Shown: piece by piece, positions 1 through 9,456 of the stretch | Numbering within the stretch: position 1 is the first letter of the stretch | Layout of the letters: each line of letters opens with the position of its first letter | NCBI GenBank assembly: GCA_034422315.1 | Contig: DAOUJT010000006.1 | Location: 5,911 to 69,910 of the forward strand | DNA length: 64,000 nt | Direction: 5' to 3' | Origin: Chloroflexota bacterium | GTDB lineage: Bacteria > Chloroflexota > UBA11872 | Notes under the pieces: generated by a model | Database searches by the model: none | Seen by the model: only the letters and a program-made list of their open reading frames with translations | What the model was told of the DNA's origin: nothing | Made by a program: the position numbers and the translations under genes

Positions 1-17
1 GCACCTACTTTCGGCAG

Positions 18-1316
18 GTGAACGACTCCTATGGCGCGACGCTTGCGACGCTGATGGATTCGGGGCTGTACGCGAAGCTCACGGCACAGGGCCTGCTGCT
101 TCCGCACGAGACCGTCGACCCGGGCCTAGCGCCGGAGCCCGGCGCGGCCACGGTGATTCGGCCGGCCCAACTGACGTTTATCTCGTACCCGTTCGAGTGG
201 TCGTTCTCGCAACTGAAGGCCTCGGCCCTGACGACGCTGCGGGTGCAGCGGCTGGCCCTGGCGTACGGCCTGTCGCTGAAGGATGCGAGCGCCTACAACA
301 TCCAGTTGCACGAGGGTCGGCCGACGCTGATCGACACGTTGTCGTTCGAGCCCTATGAGCCGGGGCTGCCGTGGGTGGGGTATCGCCAGTTCTGCCAGCA
401 TTTCCTGGCGCCGCTGGCGCTGCTGGCCTACCGGGACGTGCGGTTGGGCACGCTGCTGCAGAGCCACCTGGACGGGCTGCCCTTGGATATGGCGGCCGGC
501 TTGCTGCCGTGGCGGACGCGGCTGCGACCCGGCTTGTTGATGCACTTGCACCTGCATAGCCGGGCGCAGGCACGCCACGCCGACTCGACGCGGGACCGGG
601 AGCATCTGAAGGGTCGCATGAGCCAGCGCCGGCTGGAGGCGGTGCTGGAGAGCCTGGAGTCGACCGTCCGCAAGCTGTCGTGGAATCCGGGCGACACTCC
701 GTGGGCCAGCTACGGGGACCAGTCGAGCTACAGCGACGCCGGGCAGGCCGATAAGGAACGGCTGGTGGCCGAGTACCTGACGCAGGTGGAGGCCGCTTCG
801 GTGTGGGACCTGGGCGGCAATGTTGGGATCTTCAGCCGGATCGCGGCGGCCGCCGGTGTTCCGGTGGTGTCGATCGACAGCGATCCGGGGGCGGTTGATC
901 TGAACTACCGGCGGATGGTCGAGAAGAACGAACGGAATCTGTTTCCGATCGTGGCCGATCTGGCGAGCCCGAGCCCGGCACTGGGCTGGGACAACCGCGA
1001 GGTGCGGTCGCTGACGGAACGGGGTCCCGCCGGGCTGGTGATGGCTTTGGCGCTGGTTCATCACCTGGCCATCGGCAACAACACGCGCTTTGAGCGGCTG
1101 GCCGGGTTCTTTGCTTCGCTGGGGCGGAGCCTGTTGATCGAATTCGTGCCGCCGGACGACCCGATGGTGAGGCGCCTGTTGGCGATGCGGAATCACACGT
1201 TTCCTTGGTACACGCAAGAGGGTTTTGAAGCCGCGTTCGCCCGGTTTTTCCGGATCGAGCGGTCGGACGGCATTGCCGACTCGCCGCGACGTCTGTACCT
1301 GATGCGATCGCTCTAG
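18..1316 (+). CDS. Class I SAM-dependent methyltransferase with a ~250-aa N-terminal domain of unknown function. The reading frame is open to the window start, so the gene may begin upstream.
   Basis: Rossmann SAM-binding motif VWDLGGNVGIFS at about aa 255. Acidic motif II FPIVADLAS follows. The ORF has no in-frame stop between position 3 and 18. Strong codon bias (GC3). Confidence 0.7.
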   Translation: MNDSYGATLATLMDSGLYAKLTAQGLLLPHETVDPGLAPEPGAATVIRPAQLTFISYPFEWSFSQLKASALTTLRVQRLALAYGLSLKDASAYNIQLHEGRPTLIDTLSFEPYEPGLPWVGYRQFCQHFLAPLALLAYRDVRLGTLLQSHLDGLPLDMAAGLLPWRTRLRPGLLMHLHLHSRAQARHADSTRDREHLKGRMSQRRLEAVLESLESTVRKLSWNPGDTPWASYGDQSSYSDAGQADKERLVAEYLTQVEAASVWDLGGNVGIFSRIAAAAGVPVVSIDSDPGAVDLNYRRMVEKNERNLFPIVADLASPSPALGWDNREVRSLTERGPAGLVMALALVHHLAIGNNTRFERLAGFFASLGRSLLIEFVPPDDPMVRRLLAMRNHTFPWYTQEGFEAAFARFFRIERSDGIADSPRRLYLMRSL

Positions 1317-1414
1317 CGGGCGGGACGTGCGGTAAGGCGCGGCGGTCGTGCGGGGCTGGTTGTACCCACAGGGTTGACAGAGCGCCGGCCCCTGAGTATC
1401 CTCTATGTGTACAG

Positions 1415-2227
1415 ATGGCGCCGCACCGGGGATTGGTGCTTTCGACATCGCTGGCTTGGGCGGCCCCGGTGCGGACGCCCTGTCGCCATGGAAAGGTTGA
1501 CGTGCTGAAGATCCAGCGCCTGGACGGGCGCCTGACCCTGCAGGCCCGGACGCCGGGCCACGATGACGCGGCGGAATACGCGTTCACACCCGCCGACTAC
1601 GACGCGGCCCGCCGCACGGTGAAGCAGACGCTGCTGGAGGCGGAGCCATCGCGCTTTGAACGAGCGTGCCTGGCGGCGTTGGCAGGTTCGAGCGACGGGG
1701 ATGCCATGTCGCCAGCCCGGCGCCGCTACGTGAGCCAACGCCTGGACGAGGAAGCCGTGCGGCGGGGCGTGCTGCTGCGGGCGCATTGGCATTGCCCACA
1801 GTGCGGCGCACCGGGCAGCCAGTGGACCCCGGGCTGCCTGCGCGTTGTTTGTCCCGAGCCCTCGCCGGAACGCCTGGCGCACTGGGACCTATGCCGGGTG
1901 GCTTCGGCCGACGAACTGCTGACGCTGATGGTGAGCGAGGGCTACGAACGGATTGGCGCCTCAGCCCACACGGCTCGGCTGCGCCGGCTGCGGTTTGACC
2001 TGACCGCCTTGCTGCGGAAGTGCCGACCGAGCCTGGCGCGGCGCCTCACCCGCTGGGCTGAAGAGGCGGACGAGATCCACGCCGTGCGCGCAACCGAAAT
2101 GCTGGACCTGGCGGCGAGGCTGGGCACCCGGATTCACGCAGGACCCGATTCGACACCGGAGGCCGATCTGACATCGGCCCTAACCGGCGCCCACAGGCAG
2201 TCAATGGGCGCACCCGCGAAGGAGTAG
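1415..2227 (+). CDS. Hypothetical protein with a Cys-rich segment (HWHCPQCG...CLRVVCPEP), possibly a zinc ribbon.
   Basis: Long ORF with GC3 bias. No family recognised. Start uncertain. Confidence 0.4.
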   Translation: MAPHRGLVLSTSLAWAAPVRTPCRHGKVDVLKIQRLDGRLTLQARTPGHDDAAEYAFTPADYDAARRTVKQTLLEAEPSRFERACLAALAGSSDGDAMSPARRRYVSQRLDEEAVRRGVLLRAHWHCPQCGAPGSQWTPGCLRVVCPEPSPERLAHWDLCRVASADELLTLMVSEGYERIGASAHTARLRRLRFDLTALLRKCRPSLARRLTRWAEEADEIHAVRATEMLDLAARLGTRIHAGPDSTPEADLTSALTGAHRQSMGAPAKE

Positions 2228-2229
2228 AT

Positions 2230-2952
2230 ATGAGCAGCGATTCCCCCGAAGCAGCAACGCTGACCGAGACGGATGGACCGGAAGCCAGGCGCGCCGGCGA
2301 ACCGGTGGACCCCACGGATTCGACGGCGGCGTTTCAGGCAGCGCTGGAAGCGGAGATGGCGCGGCGCATCGAGGCCGTGGAACGCCGCTGGCAGTCGCGC
2401 AAGGACCGCGAGCTGAACCGCGCCCGGCGGCGCTGGGAGTCGGAGGCCGGCCAGGCTATCGACCCGGAACTGCTGGCCTGGATTGCGCAGGCGGACCCGC
2501 GCGAGGTGGGCGACTGGCTGAAGGCGGGGCTGACGGCAGGTCAAGCATCAGAGGCGCCGGTATCGAACGCCGAGCAGGAGAGCCGGGCGGTCCCCGCCGC
2601 GCCGAAGGAAACGTCCGACGCAGCTGCGGGATCTGACGAAGAGACCGAGGACTCGCAGCCAAGATCCGTGGATGCCGGACCCGAAGCGGTCCCCGAGGCG
2701 GCCAGGGAGCAGGAGGACGGGCCAGGCGACGCCGGGGAGACGGAGGCTGCGTCGCCGGCGCCGGACCTGGAGCGCGAGGCGGAGGCGCGGGAACGTTTGG
2801 CGGAACGGCGCAGCCAGGATCCGTCGCCCGACCTGTTTCCAAGCCGGGGCGCGCCGGCGGACGCGTTTCAGCAGATCGAGGCCGGGTTTGCCCGCGGCGA
2901 GGTGGACCTGGAGACCTATGAGACTGCCCGGCGGCGGCGTGGGCTGACGTAG
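2230..2952 (+). CDS. Hypothetical acidic, low-complexity protein.
   Basis: GAAGGAG Shine-Dalgarno 6 nt upstream of the ATG. Stop-start adjacency with the upstream ORF. Glu/Ala/Arg-rich sequence. Confidence 0.5.
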   Translation: MSSDSPEAATLTETDGPEARRAGEPVDPTDSTAAFQAALEAEMARRIEAVERRWQSRKDRELNRARRRWESEAGQAIDPELLAWIAQADPREVGDWLKAGLTAGQASEAPVSNAEQESRAVPAAPKETSDAAAGSDEETEDSQPRSVDAGPEAVPEAAREQEDGPGDAGETEAASPAPDLEREAEARERLAERRSQDPSPDLFPSRGAPADAFQQIEAGFARGEVDLETYETARRRRGLT

Positions 2953-3182
2953 CGGGTTCCCGGTTTGCCCGCTTCGGCCAACGGACACCGGCCCGGCGCT
3001 TCGGCACCGGGCCGGTGTCCGTATTTGGGTGCGGCGACAGTTGGAGGCGCGGCCTCTGGCCGAGCGACTATCGTGAGTCGACAACGGGTTGGCCAGCCGG
3101 CATGGGGGCGTTGGCCGCAACGCGAAACTTGCGCTGGCAGTGTGACGGTGGCCTGGCTCCAGCAGGGGAAAGGTGAGCGCCT

Positions 3183-3650
3183 ATGGCATCGGTTTCCAGG
3201 ATTCACCCGTTTCTGTGGTTCGATGGCCGGGCCGAGGAAGCGGCGAGGTTCTACGTGTCGATCTTTCCGAATTCGAGGATCGTGCACGTGGAGAAGATCG
3301 CGGCCGGGCCGGCGGAGGACGACGCCATCGTGGAGTTCGAATTGGACGGGCAGCGATTCGGGGCGGTGGACGGCGGGCCGATGTATAGCTTTACGCCGGC
3401 GGTCTCGTTTGTGGTGGAGTGCGAGACGCAGGAGGAGATCGACTATTACTGGGAGCGGCTATCGGACGGTGGGCAGACGCAGCCGTGCGGCTGGGTGGCC
3501 GACAAGTTCGGCCTGTCGTGGCAGGTCATTCCGGCGGGACTGGGCGAGATCATGGCGCCGGCGCCCCAGGCGGTGATGGAGGCGTTGCTGGGGATGTCGA
3601 AGATCGAGATCGACAAGCTGCGGAAGGCCGCAAAACTGTCGACGAGCTAG
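3183..3650 (+). CDS. VOC-fold protein of the PhnB / 3-demethylubiquinone-9 3-methyltransferase-like family.
   Basis: Conserved HPFLWFDG...YYWERLSDGG...CGWVADKFGLSWQV signature of the PhnB-like glyoxalase-fold family. Confidence 0.85.
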   Translation: MASVSRIHPFLWFDGRAEEAARFYVSIFPNSRIVHVEKIAAGPAEDDAIVEFELDGQRFGAVDGGPMYSFTPAVSFVVECETQEEIDYYWERLSDGGQTQPCGWVADKFGLSWQVIPAGLGEIMAPAPQAVMEALLGMSKIEIDKLRKAAKLSTS

Positions 3651-3705
3651 GTAGCGTCGGCAAAGACGTCGCAAGCGGCAGGGCGCGGGCTGGTTTCGAC
3701 GAGGA

Positions 3706-3966
3706 TCAGTACCGGTGCTTGGCGGCGATGACTCGGGCGACCGTGGGTTTGGCATCCCTGGCCGGAGCCTGCGAGTAGCCTCCAAGCCCGAGATCAAGCC
3801 GGCGATAAACATCGTAGGGACGTGTCGCCGCTTCCTGGCGGGACGCTTCGTCGTAGGCGCACAGGCCGCGCTTCAGGATTTCCGTGATCGTGAGGCCGGT
3901 TCGCTTGCGCACGGCGGCGAGTGTGCGTTCATCCTCGTCGTCGAGTCGCACGGTCCTGACGTCCAT
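3706..3966 (-). CDS. Ribbon-helix-helix (CopG/Arc-like) DNA-binding protein, a solitary antitoxin-like regulator.
   Basis: N-terminal RLDDEDERTLAAVRKRTGLTITEILKRGL is a typical RHH beta-strand/helix. No toxin partner ORF downstream. Confidence 0.6.
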   Translation of the reverse strand: MDVRTVRLDDEDERTLAAVRKRTGLTITEILKRGLCAYDEASRQEAATRPYDVYRRLDLGLGGYSQAPARDAKPTVARVIAAKHRY

Positions 3967-4057
3967 CCGAGACCTCAGTGCCTGGCTGAATTGCAGATTG
4001 TCCTATATGGCCCTTCGCCAATCTGCCGGCGGCGGAAACCGGGGTGGTGACGACTGT

Positions 4058-4087
4058 GTACGTGCATAGAAGATGCACGAGTACGTG
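4058..4087. promoter_or_regulatory. Inverted repeat GTACGTGCAT-agaag-ATGCACGaGTACGTG upstream of hicA. Candidate operator.
   Basis: The palindrome TGCATAGAAGATGCA is flanked by GTACGTG direct repeats, about 20 nt upstream of the hicA start. Confidence 0.35.
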
Positions 4088-4104
4088 TTGATATCATGCA
4101 CTGA

Positions 4105-4293
4105 ATGGAATTAGCGGTTCGGCGAATCACGCGGCGGCTGGAGCGGGAGGGCTGGTATTTGCAGCGACACGGAGCAAGTCACGACATCTACCGTCATCCG
4201 AGTGTGAGTGGGATCATCGTCGTACCGCGACATCAGACGGTTTCGCCCGGCGTGGCTCGATCCATTGCAAAAAAGGCCGGCTGGGAGGCGTAG
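4105..4293 (+). CDS. hicA: Type II toxin-antitoxin system HicA-family toxin (mRNA interferase).
   Basis: 62 aa. REGWYLQRHGASHDIYRHP... matches the HicA/YcfA fold. Lies immediately upstream of hicB. Confidence 0.85.
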   Translation: MELAVRRITRRLEREGWYLQRHGASHDIYRHPSVSGIIVVPRHQTVSPGVARSIAKKAGWEA

Positions 4294-4299
4294 GCGACC

Positions 4300-4692
4300 G
4301 TGGCGAGATATCCAGCCCTCATCGACGGAGTCAAGGGCGCGTACGGCATGGTGTTCCCTGATCTGCCGGGGGTCGTCGCCATGGGCGCCACGGTGGAGGA
4401 GGCGATGGTGAACGCGGAAGCGGCGCTTCAGGATGCGGCTTTGGAGGCTGAGCGGGACGGCCTAGCGCTGAGCCCTCCGAGCGCGCTGGAGGACGTGGAC
4501 GTGCCGGTCGGTAGCGCTCTGTCGTCGATCCTGCTGGTCCGCGCTGCTCCGGCGCGACGGAGTGTTCGACTCAATCTCACCCTGGACGCCGCGATTGCCG
4601 ACGTCATTACATCTGAGGCGGAGCGGCGCGGCATGTCGCGCAAGCGTTACGTGGAGTGGATGACGCGTCGAGTGGCGCAAATCGGGGGATAG
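4300..4692 (+). CDS. hicB: HicB-family antitoxin with a C-terminal RHH DNA-binding domain.
   Basis: N-terminal YPALIDGVKGAYGMVFPDLPGVVAMGATVEEA is a HicB RNase-H-like fold. The C-terminus is RHH-like. 6-nt gap after hicA. Confidence 0.8.
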   Translation: MARYPALIDGVKGAYGMVFPDLPGVVAMGATVEEAMVNAEAALQDAALEAERDGLALSPPSALEDVDVPVGSALSSILLVRAAPARRSVRLNLTLDAAIADVITSEAERRGMSRKRYVEWMTRRVAQIGG

Positions 4693-4743
4693 GCCCCGTG
4701 CGGCCGCAAGGACGGTAGCTCCTCCGGCAAGAACCGGCCGGGA

Positions 4744-5313
4744 CTATTGTCCGGCTTCGATGCGGGCCAGGATGTCGCGGATTTCGGTGAGGAGTTGGGT
4801 GGCGTCGCTCGGAGCCGCTGCCGGCCTGGGGGCGTCTTCCGACGGTTCCGCACCCAGGGCTACTTGCCGCTGCCGGAGGATGGCGTTGCGGAAGGCCACG
4901 GCGTCGACGACGCCGAGCAGGTTGCCTTCGCTGCTGGCGTTCTGGCCGGACTGACCGGCTGTTTCCACCTTGACCCCCTGCAGGTTGAAGGCGCGCATGA
5001 GGGGACCCTGGTAGAGCCTGAGGTCGGTGATTCGGTTGAGCGGGATGGTGGACTCGCTGCGGGTGAAGACGCCCTTGCGTAGTTCCAGGGCCTGGGTTGT
5101 CAGGCGAGCCGATAGACCATCGAAGTACTTCGGGCCGAACCAGAGGCTGTAGATGAGCCAGAAGGGAATGAACGGGATACCCACGACGGTGACGACCATG
5201 AAGAGCGAGACGAGCACGCGCCAATAGGCGACGGCGCTGCGATCGAACTGAGCATCGAGCAAGGTCTTGCCAGTGACGCCAGGTTGGTCTGATTGCATGG
5301 CTGGATCCTCCAA
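4744..5313 (-). CDS. Bacterial PH-domain (bPH_2, YdbS/YdbT-like) membrane-flanked protein.
   Basis: Two N-terminal TM helices. Then the ...RSESTIPLNRITDLRLYQGPLMRAFNLQGVKVETAG motif typical of bPH_2. Confidence 0.7.
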   Translation of the reverse strand: MEDPAMQSDQPGVTGKTLLDAQFDRSAVAYWRVLVSLFMVVTVVGIPFIPFWLIYSLWFGPKYFDGLSARLTTQALELRKGVFTRSESTIPLNRITDLRLYQGPLMRAFNLQGVKVETAGQSGQNASSEGNLLGVVDAVAFRNAILRQRQVALGAEPSEDAPRPAAAPSDATQLLTEIRDILARIEAGQ

Positions 5314-5367
5314 CTGCCCGATGCCGCGGGTGGCGGGACGCGAGGTAGGGCGGGCGCTAGCCGCGAC

Positions 5368-5799
5368 TCACTTTTGACCGACGGCGCGCCAGAGGTAGAG
5401 GCCGGCGCTGCCGGCGACCCAGGTGAAGAGTACGTCCATCCAGGGGAAGTGGTTGATGTGGGACTGGGCGGCGAGGCCGACTTCGTTCTCAGGGAAGAAG
5501 GTCCACAGCCAGTTCCAGAAGAAGATGATGATGAGGCCTGTGGACCCGAGAAGCAGCGCGGTGGCACCCAGGTACTCGCGGGTGACGGTGTCGTTGGGAC
5601 TGCCGTTGAGGCTGCGGACGCGGTGGTAGCTGATGAGCAGGGAGACAACTACGGCCACGGCCATGAACCAGTTGAGCGCTTGCCAGAGGGGGTACGTATC
5701 GCCGCCGTCGTGGTAGACGGGGGTGAGCATGAGGTTCAGCCCGACAGCGACGGCCACGACGATGAGGGCGACCGCGACAACTCGACAAACCTGATCCAT
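5368..5799 (-). CDS. Small polytopic membrane protein (about 4 TM). Hypothetical.
   Basis: Hydrophobic segments throughout. Internal Met start MDQVCRV preceded by GAGGAAG. The longer ORF upstream is Ser/Pro-rich shadow. Confidence 0.5.
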   Translation of the reverse strand: MDQVCRVVAVALIVVAVAVGLNLMLTPVYHDGGDTYPLWQALNWFMAVAVVVSLLISYHRVRSLNGSPNDTVTREYLGATALLLGSTGLIIIFFWNWLWTFFPENEVGLAAQSHINHFPWMDVLFTWVAGSAGLYLWRAVGQK

Positions 5800-5944
5800 T
5801 GGGCCGCTCACTTCCTCGACCAGGGGGTGAAGTCTGCTGCTGTTCGAGCGGGAGGGTAGCACCCGGGGTTCGGGTGCTTGGGGTATGAGAGAGAAGGCGG
5901 GATTCCTCGGCCCCGCTGCGCTGCGCTCGGAGTGACGGCTGGGG

Positions 5945-6322
5945 TTAGCCGAATGTTCCGTCGTTGCGCTGGTGGAGGATGACGGGGTTGCCCTCGGGAT
6001 CGGAGACGACAGCGAAACGGCAGGCGCCGGGGTCGACCGGCTCGACGACGACGCGAGCGCCGGATGTTCGGACGGTCTCAAGCACGGTATCCAGGCTGTC
6101 GCAGGCAAACGCAGCGGCGGGGCGCAGACCGGCGTCGCCCACCGCGACTGGCATTTCCTGCGATCCATCAAGGGCGACCGTGACGCCTCCGGCGTCGAAC
6201 TCGACCCACTGGTCACCGTACGCCTCGGCCGGTTGGAGTCCCAGCACGTCGCGGTAGAAGGTCACGGCGCGCTGCATGTCTTGCACGGGGTAGTAGAAGA
6301 AGTCGATGCCTCGGACAGGCAT
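5945..6322 (-). CDS. VOC family protein (glyoxalase / bleomycin-resistance fold).
   Basis: GIDFFYYPVQDMQRAVTFYRDVLGL...GARVVVEPVDP...AVVSDPEGNPVIL is a classic VOC betaalphabetabetabeta signature. Confidence 0.8.
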   Translation of the reverse strand: MPVRGIDFFYYPVQDMQRAVTFYRDVLGLQPAEAYGDQWVEFDAGGVTVALDGSQEMPVAVGDAGLRPAAAFACDSLDTVLETVRTSGARVVVEPVDPGACRFAVVSDPEGNPVILHQRNDGTFG

Positions 6323-6467
6323 AGCGGCTCCCACGGGGGTGTGGTGAATCGACCGTCAGCTTACCGAGGAACGGCGTGGACCCTTGACCGATGGGCGGCC
6401 AGCGGGATTCCGTCCGCGACGGAAGGGACGCCCGGTCGCCTTTCGCGGCGAGGGGCCGCCCGTGGGC

Positions 6468-7955
6468 TCAGTTGATGCGGAACTGTTCGGGGGCGCGGGT
6501 GAAGTTGACTTGCTGGCCGGCGGCAAGCACGGCGGTGAGGCCGCCGTTGGTTCTAATGCAACGCGCTTGGTCGGCTTTGGCGTCGGCGTCGGTGGCGCTT
6601 GGGTCGCAGATGGCGGCCAAGCGTCGGCGGAAGTCGGCAATGCGCTCCTGGTGTTCCGGCCGGTCGGCGAGGTTGGTCAACTCGTGGGGATCGGATTGCA
6701 TGTCGAAGAGTTGGGGGTCGTGGCCGACGAAGTGGATGTATTTCCAGCGCCGGTCTCGCAGTAGGTAGGTGGCGGAGGCGGAGCCGGTGGCGTGGTATTC
6801 GCTGAATACGGTGCGGTCGGCGGGCTCTTCGCCCGACGCCATCGACCACAAGTCAGTACCTGGCAGGTCCGCGTCCGCAGCGGCGGGTTCGACGCCGGTG
6901 CCGGCCATGATGGTGGGCGCGAGGTCAACCAGCGATACGGGGCAGTCGACTGAACGGCCGGCTGGCACGTCGGGTCCGGCCAGGATGAGGGGGACGGCGG
7001 CGGCGCTGTCGTACATGACGCTCTTGCCCCAGAGGCCATAGTCACCAAGGGTTTCGCCGTGGTCGCTGGTGTAGACGATGCGAGTGTCGTGAGCCAAGCC
7101 GGCGTCGCCGAGTGCGCCAAGGACATCCCCGATCAGCTCATCGACGAACGAGCACATGGCGTAGTAGACGAGGCGAGCGCGACGGATGGCGTCTTCGGAG
7201 CGGACGTCTGCCGCCGTTTGGATGCGCGCCTTTCGGAAGGCGGCCAACGGCGGATGCGTGGGCCACTGGTCCGGCGACCAGGCGATGGGCATGTCGATGT
7301 CGTCCAGCCGATAGCGGCGCTGATGATGCTCGGGGGCCGCGAATGGGAAATGGGGCAGGGTGAAGGACACGAACAGGCACCAGGGCTTGTCGTGCGTTTG
7401 CGCCTCGGTTTGGATCCAGCGCACGGCTTCGGCGGCGATGGCGGTGTCGTAGCGGATGTACTCGGAGTCGGTGTCGCCGGCATGGTCGACGTGGCCGAGC
7501 TGATAGCGGGTGACAGGCATGTTGGAGCGAAGGCAGCCGTAGACGTCCCCTATCCCGTGCATGACGTGCATGGGGATGCGCTGGTCGGGGAAGCCGATGT
7601 CGTCGGCGGTGTTGCGGTAGTGGAGCTTGCCGATGGTGGTGACGGCGTGGCCCTGTTCGAGGAGCCGATGCCCCCAGCTTTGCGCGGCGCCGCCGGTGTA
7701 GGGCGCGGCGTTATCCCAGGCGCGTATCTGATGGACGTAGCGGCCGGTGGCGAAGCTGGCGCGGGAGGGGACGCAGATGGGGGAGTTGCAGTAGGCGGTG
7801 GCGAATGAGGTACCGGCCGCAGCCAAGGCATCCAGGTTGGGTGTTTGCACCAGGGGATGGTCGGCGGAACCCAGCATGCGCGGGTTGTGCTCGTCGGACA
7901 TGAGAACCAGGAGGTTCTTGGGTTCCACAGCGTCTCCGGACTCAGGGGGTGGCAC
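6468..7955 (-). CDS. Cys-type sulfatase (arylsulfatase / choline-sulfatase family).
   Basis: Sulfatase signature CNSPICVPSRASFATGRY (C-x-P-x-R formylglycine motif) and an alkaline-phosphatase-like core. Confidence 0.85.
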   Translation of the reverse strand: MPPPESGDAVEPKNLLVLMSDEHNPRMLGSADHPLVQTPNLDALAAAGTSFATAYCNSPICVPSRASFATGRYVHQIRAWDNAAPYTGGAAQSWGHRLLEQGHAVTTIGKLHYRNTADDIGFPDQRIPMHVMHGIGDVYGCLRSNMPVTRYQLGHVDHAGDTDSEYIRYDTAIAAEAVRWIQTEAQTHDKPWCLFVSFTLPHFPFAAPEHHQRRYRLDDIDMPIAWSPDQWPTHPPLAAFRKARIQTAADVRSEDAIRRARLVYYAMCSFVDELIGDVLGALGDAGLAHDTRIVYTSDHGETLGDYGLWGKSVMYDSAAAVPLILAGPDVPAGRSVDCPVSLVDLAPTIMAGTGVEPAAADADLPGTDLWSMASGEEPADRTVFSEYHATGSASATYLLRDRRWKYIHFVGHDPQLFDMQSDPHELTNLADRPEHQERIADFRRRLAAICDPSATDADAKADQARCIRTNGGLTAVLAAGQQVNFTRAPEQFRIN

Positions 7956-8035
7956 GCGGGTGGGAGCCTAGCCCACGGTGCAGATGAGCTACGAGCGAAG
8001 TCTTGTCGCGTGCTTTAAAAGCCTTGGGGGGCGAC

Positions 8036-8065
8036 AGCTTGTCCCGTCGCCCCCCAAAAAGGGCA
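8036..8065. terminator. GC-rich hairpin (GGGGGGCGAC-10 nt loop-GTCGCCCCCC) flanked by A/T runs. Probable terminator of the BNR-protein gene.
   Basis: Perfect 10-bp stem directly 3' of the minus-strand gene ending at 8083. TTTTT/AAAAA on both sides. Confidence 0.5.
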
Positions 8066-8082
8066 AGGTCGGCTACACCGCT

Positions 8083-9456
8083 CTAGCCGATGGGGCCCAC
8101 CGGGTTGGGATAGGTGTACCAGTCGGCCGCGGAGGAGTGGCTGAACGCGAACTGGACCTCGCCAGCGGCCCAGAGCGACCGGTCCTGCAGGTAGTTGTTG
8201 CTGAAGGCGATGCCCCGAACCTTCGAGATGTTCAGGTTCACACTGCGATGCCTCCAGTCCGACTTGTTACCCGGGTCCGTGACGGTGCCGGCCCGAACGA
8301 CCTTCCTGCTTATGTAGAGCCCCTTCTTTGTGGTTCCGACCGCGACGGTTCCGTCACGGGTGATATTGGGCGAAAGGGCAATCGTGTTGATGCGGCCCAA
8401 CTCATCCTTGTGATTCTCAATGACCTTCGAGAAGCTCTCGCCGGCATCCCTCGAGCGGTAGACGCCGTGCTGCACGGAACCGACAAAAATGATCGGTTTG
8501 CTGCGAAACTCGGGGTGGAAGGCGACGGCCGAAATAAGGAGATCGTTCGGCAAAGCCCCGCGACCAACCTGCGATCGGAAGCCTCGGCCATTGTTGTTGC
8601 TGCCGAGCAAGCTGGTGGAGGTCCAAGCAAAGACGTGCCTGGAGCTTCCGCGTCCATCGACCGCGGCCAATCCGAGGTACCGTCCGCGCGCCAAGCCGTT
8701 CCCATGCACAGCGGGCACGGGCGACCAGTTCGCCCCGCCGTCGGTGGATTCGAACAGTCCGCCGGCATCGGCAACGGCAAAGAAAGCGTTGTCAGTCTCG
8801 AATGCCGACGAAGCCGCCAAGCCTCCGATTCGACCGGCGGGAAGGCCCGACGCGACCATCCAAGTCTCACCGCGGTTCGTGGAGCGTGCCAGCCCGGCGT
8901 CCGTGGCAGCCAAGATCACGCCGTCGAGATTCACGTTCGGCGACGGCAGGATGGCATTGATGGTCAGATTGGGTAGCCCGCTGGTGACCTGATGAAAGTT
9001 GGCACCCGTATTTGTGGATCGGAGAACGCCGCCGGCGGAGGTGCCGAGCCAGATGTTCCCATCCTGGAAGACGAACGGCGAGGCGGCCATAACCGTGACT
9101 TCGCCGATCGGGGGTGAGGCGGGAAACGGCGCGGGCGCGGGCGCAGGGGCCGGCTGGGGCACAGGCGCAGGGGCCGGCGTGGGAATCGCCCAGGCGAAGG
9201 TTGACTGGACGTCGCTGCGATGGTCGTTCCGGCAAGCCTGCTCGGCCTGGTCGCCGAAGACGCGCTGATAGATGCCGACGTTCTGGCTGTTGCCCAAGTC
9301 GGCCTCGACGATGTCGTTTAGTTCCACACAACTGGTGGGCCACTGAGCCAAGGCTGGCGTGGCCACAAGCGCCAGCAGAAGAGCCGTGGCAAGCGCCGCG
9401 CCTGCGAACAGTCCGCGGACCGTGATTTGCCTGAAACTGGAGTGCCTAGCCAGCAT
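8083..9456 (-). CDS. Secreted BNR/Ycf48-like beta-propeller repeat protein with an N-terminal signal peptide and a PAPAPAP linker.
   Basis: Signal peptide LFAGAALATALLLALVATPALA. Repeated S-x-D-x-G-x-T/W BNR-like motifs (STNTGANF, STNRGETW, STDGGANW, SRDAGESF). Start chosen at MLARHSSF. Confidence 0.7.
   Translation of the reverse strand: MLARHSSFRQITVRGLFAGAALATALLLALVATPALAQWPTSCVELNDIVEADLGNSQNVGIYQRVFGDQAEQACRNDHRSDVQSTFAWAIPTPAPAPVPQPAPAPAPAPFPASPPIGEVTVMAASPFVFQDGNIWLGTSAGGVLRSTNTGANFHQVTSGLPNLTINAILPSPNVNLDGVILAATDAGLARSTNRGETWMVASGLPAGRIGGLAASSAFETDNAFFAVADAGGLFESTDGGANWSPVPAVHGNGLARGRYLGLAAVDGRGSSRHVFAWTSTSLLGSNNNGRGFRSQVGRGALPNDLLISAVAFHPEFRSKPIIFVGSVQHGVYRSRDAGESFSKVIENHKDELGRINTIALSPNITRDGTVAVGTTKKGLYISRKVVRAGTVTDPGNKSDWRHRSVNLNISKVRGIAFSNNYLQDRSLWAAGEVQFAFSHSSAADWYTYPNPVGPIG

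Noticed and set aside
126-1448. 440-aa ORF antisense to the methyltransferase gene
   Set aside because: Arg/Pro/Gln-rich low-complexity translation, typical of a GC-rich frame shadow. It fully overlaps a well-supported sense gene.
3459-3812. 117-aa minus-strand ORF as a possible toxin partner of the RHH protein
   Set aside because: Lies antisense within the well-supported VOC/PhnB gene (3183-3650) and has junk-like Arg/Pro composition. The RHH protein is therefore treated as solitary.
9090-9190. Short-period GCGGGGGCNGG / PAPAPAP repetition, considered as a possible CRISPR or tandem repeat
   Set aside because: It is in-frame coding low-complexity sequence: a Pro-Ala linker inside the BNR protein. 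No spacer-repeat architecture.
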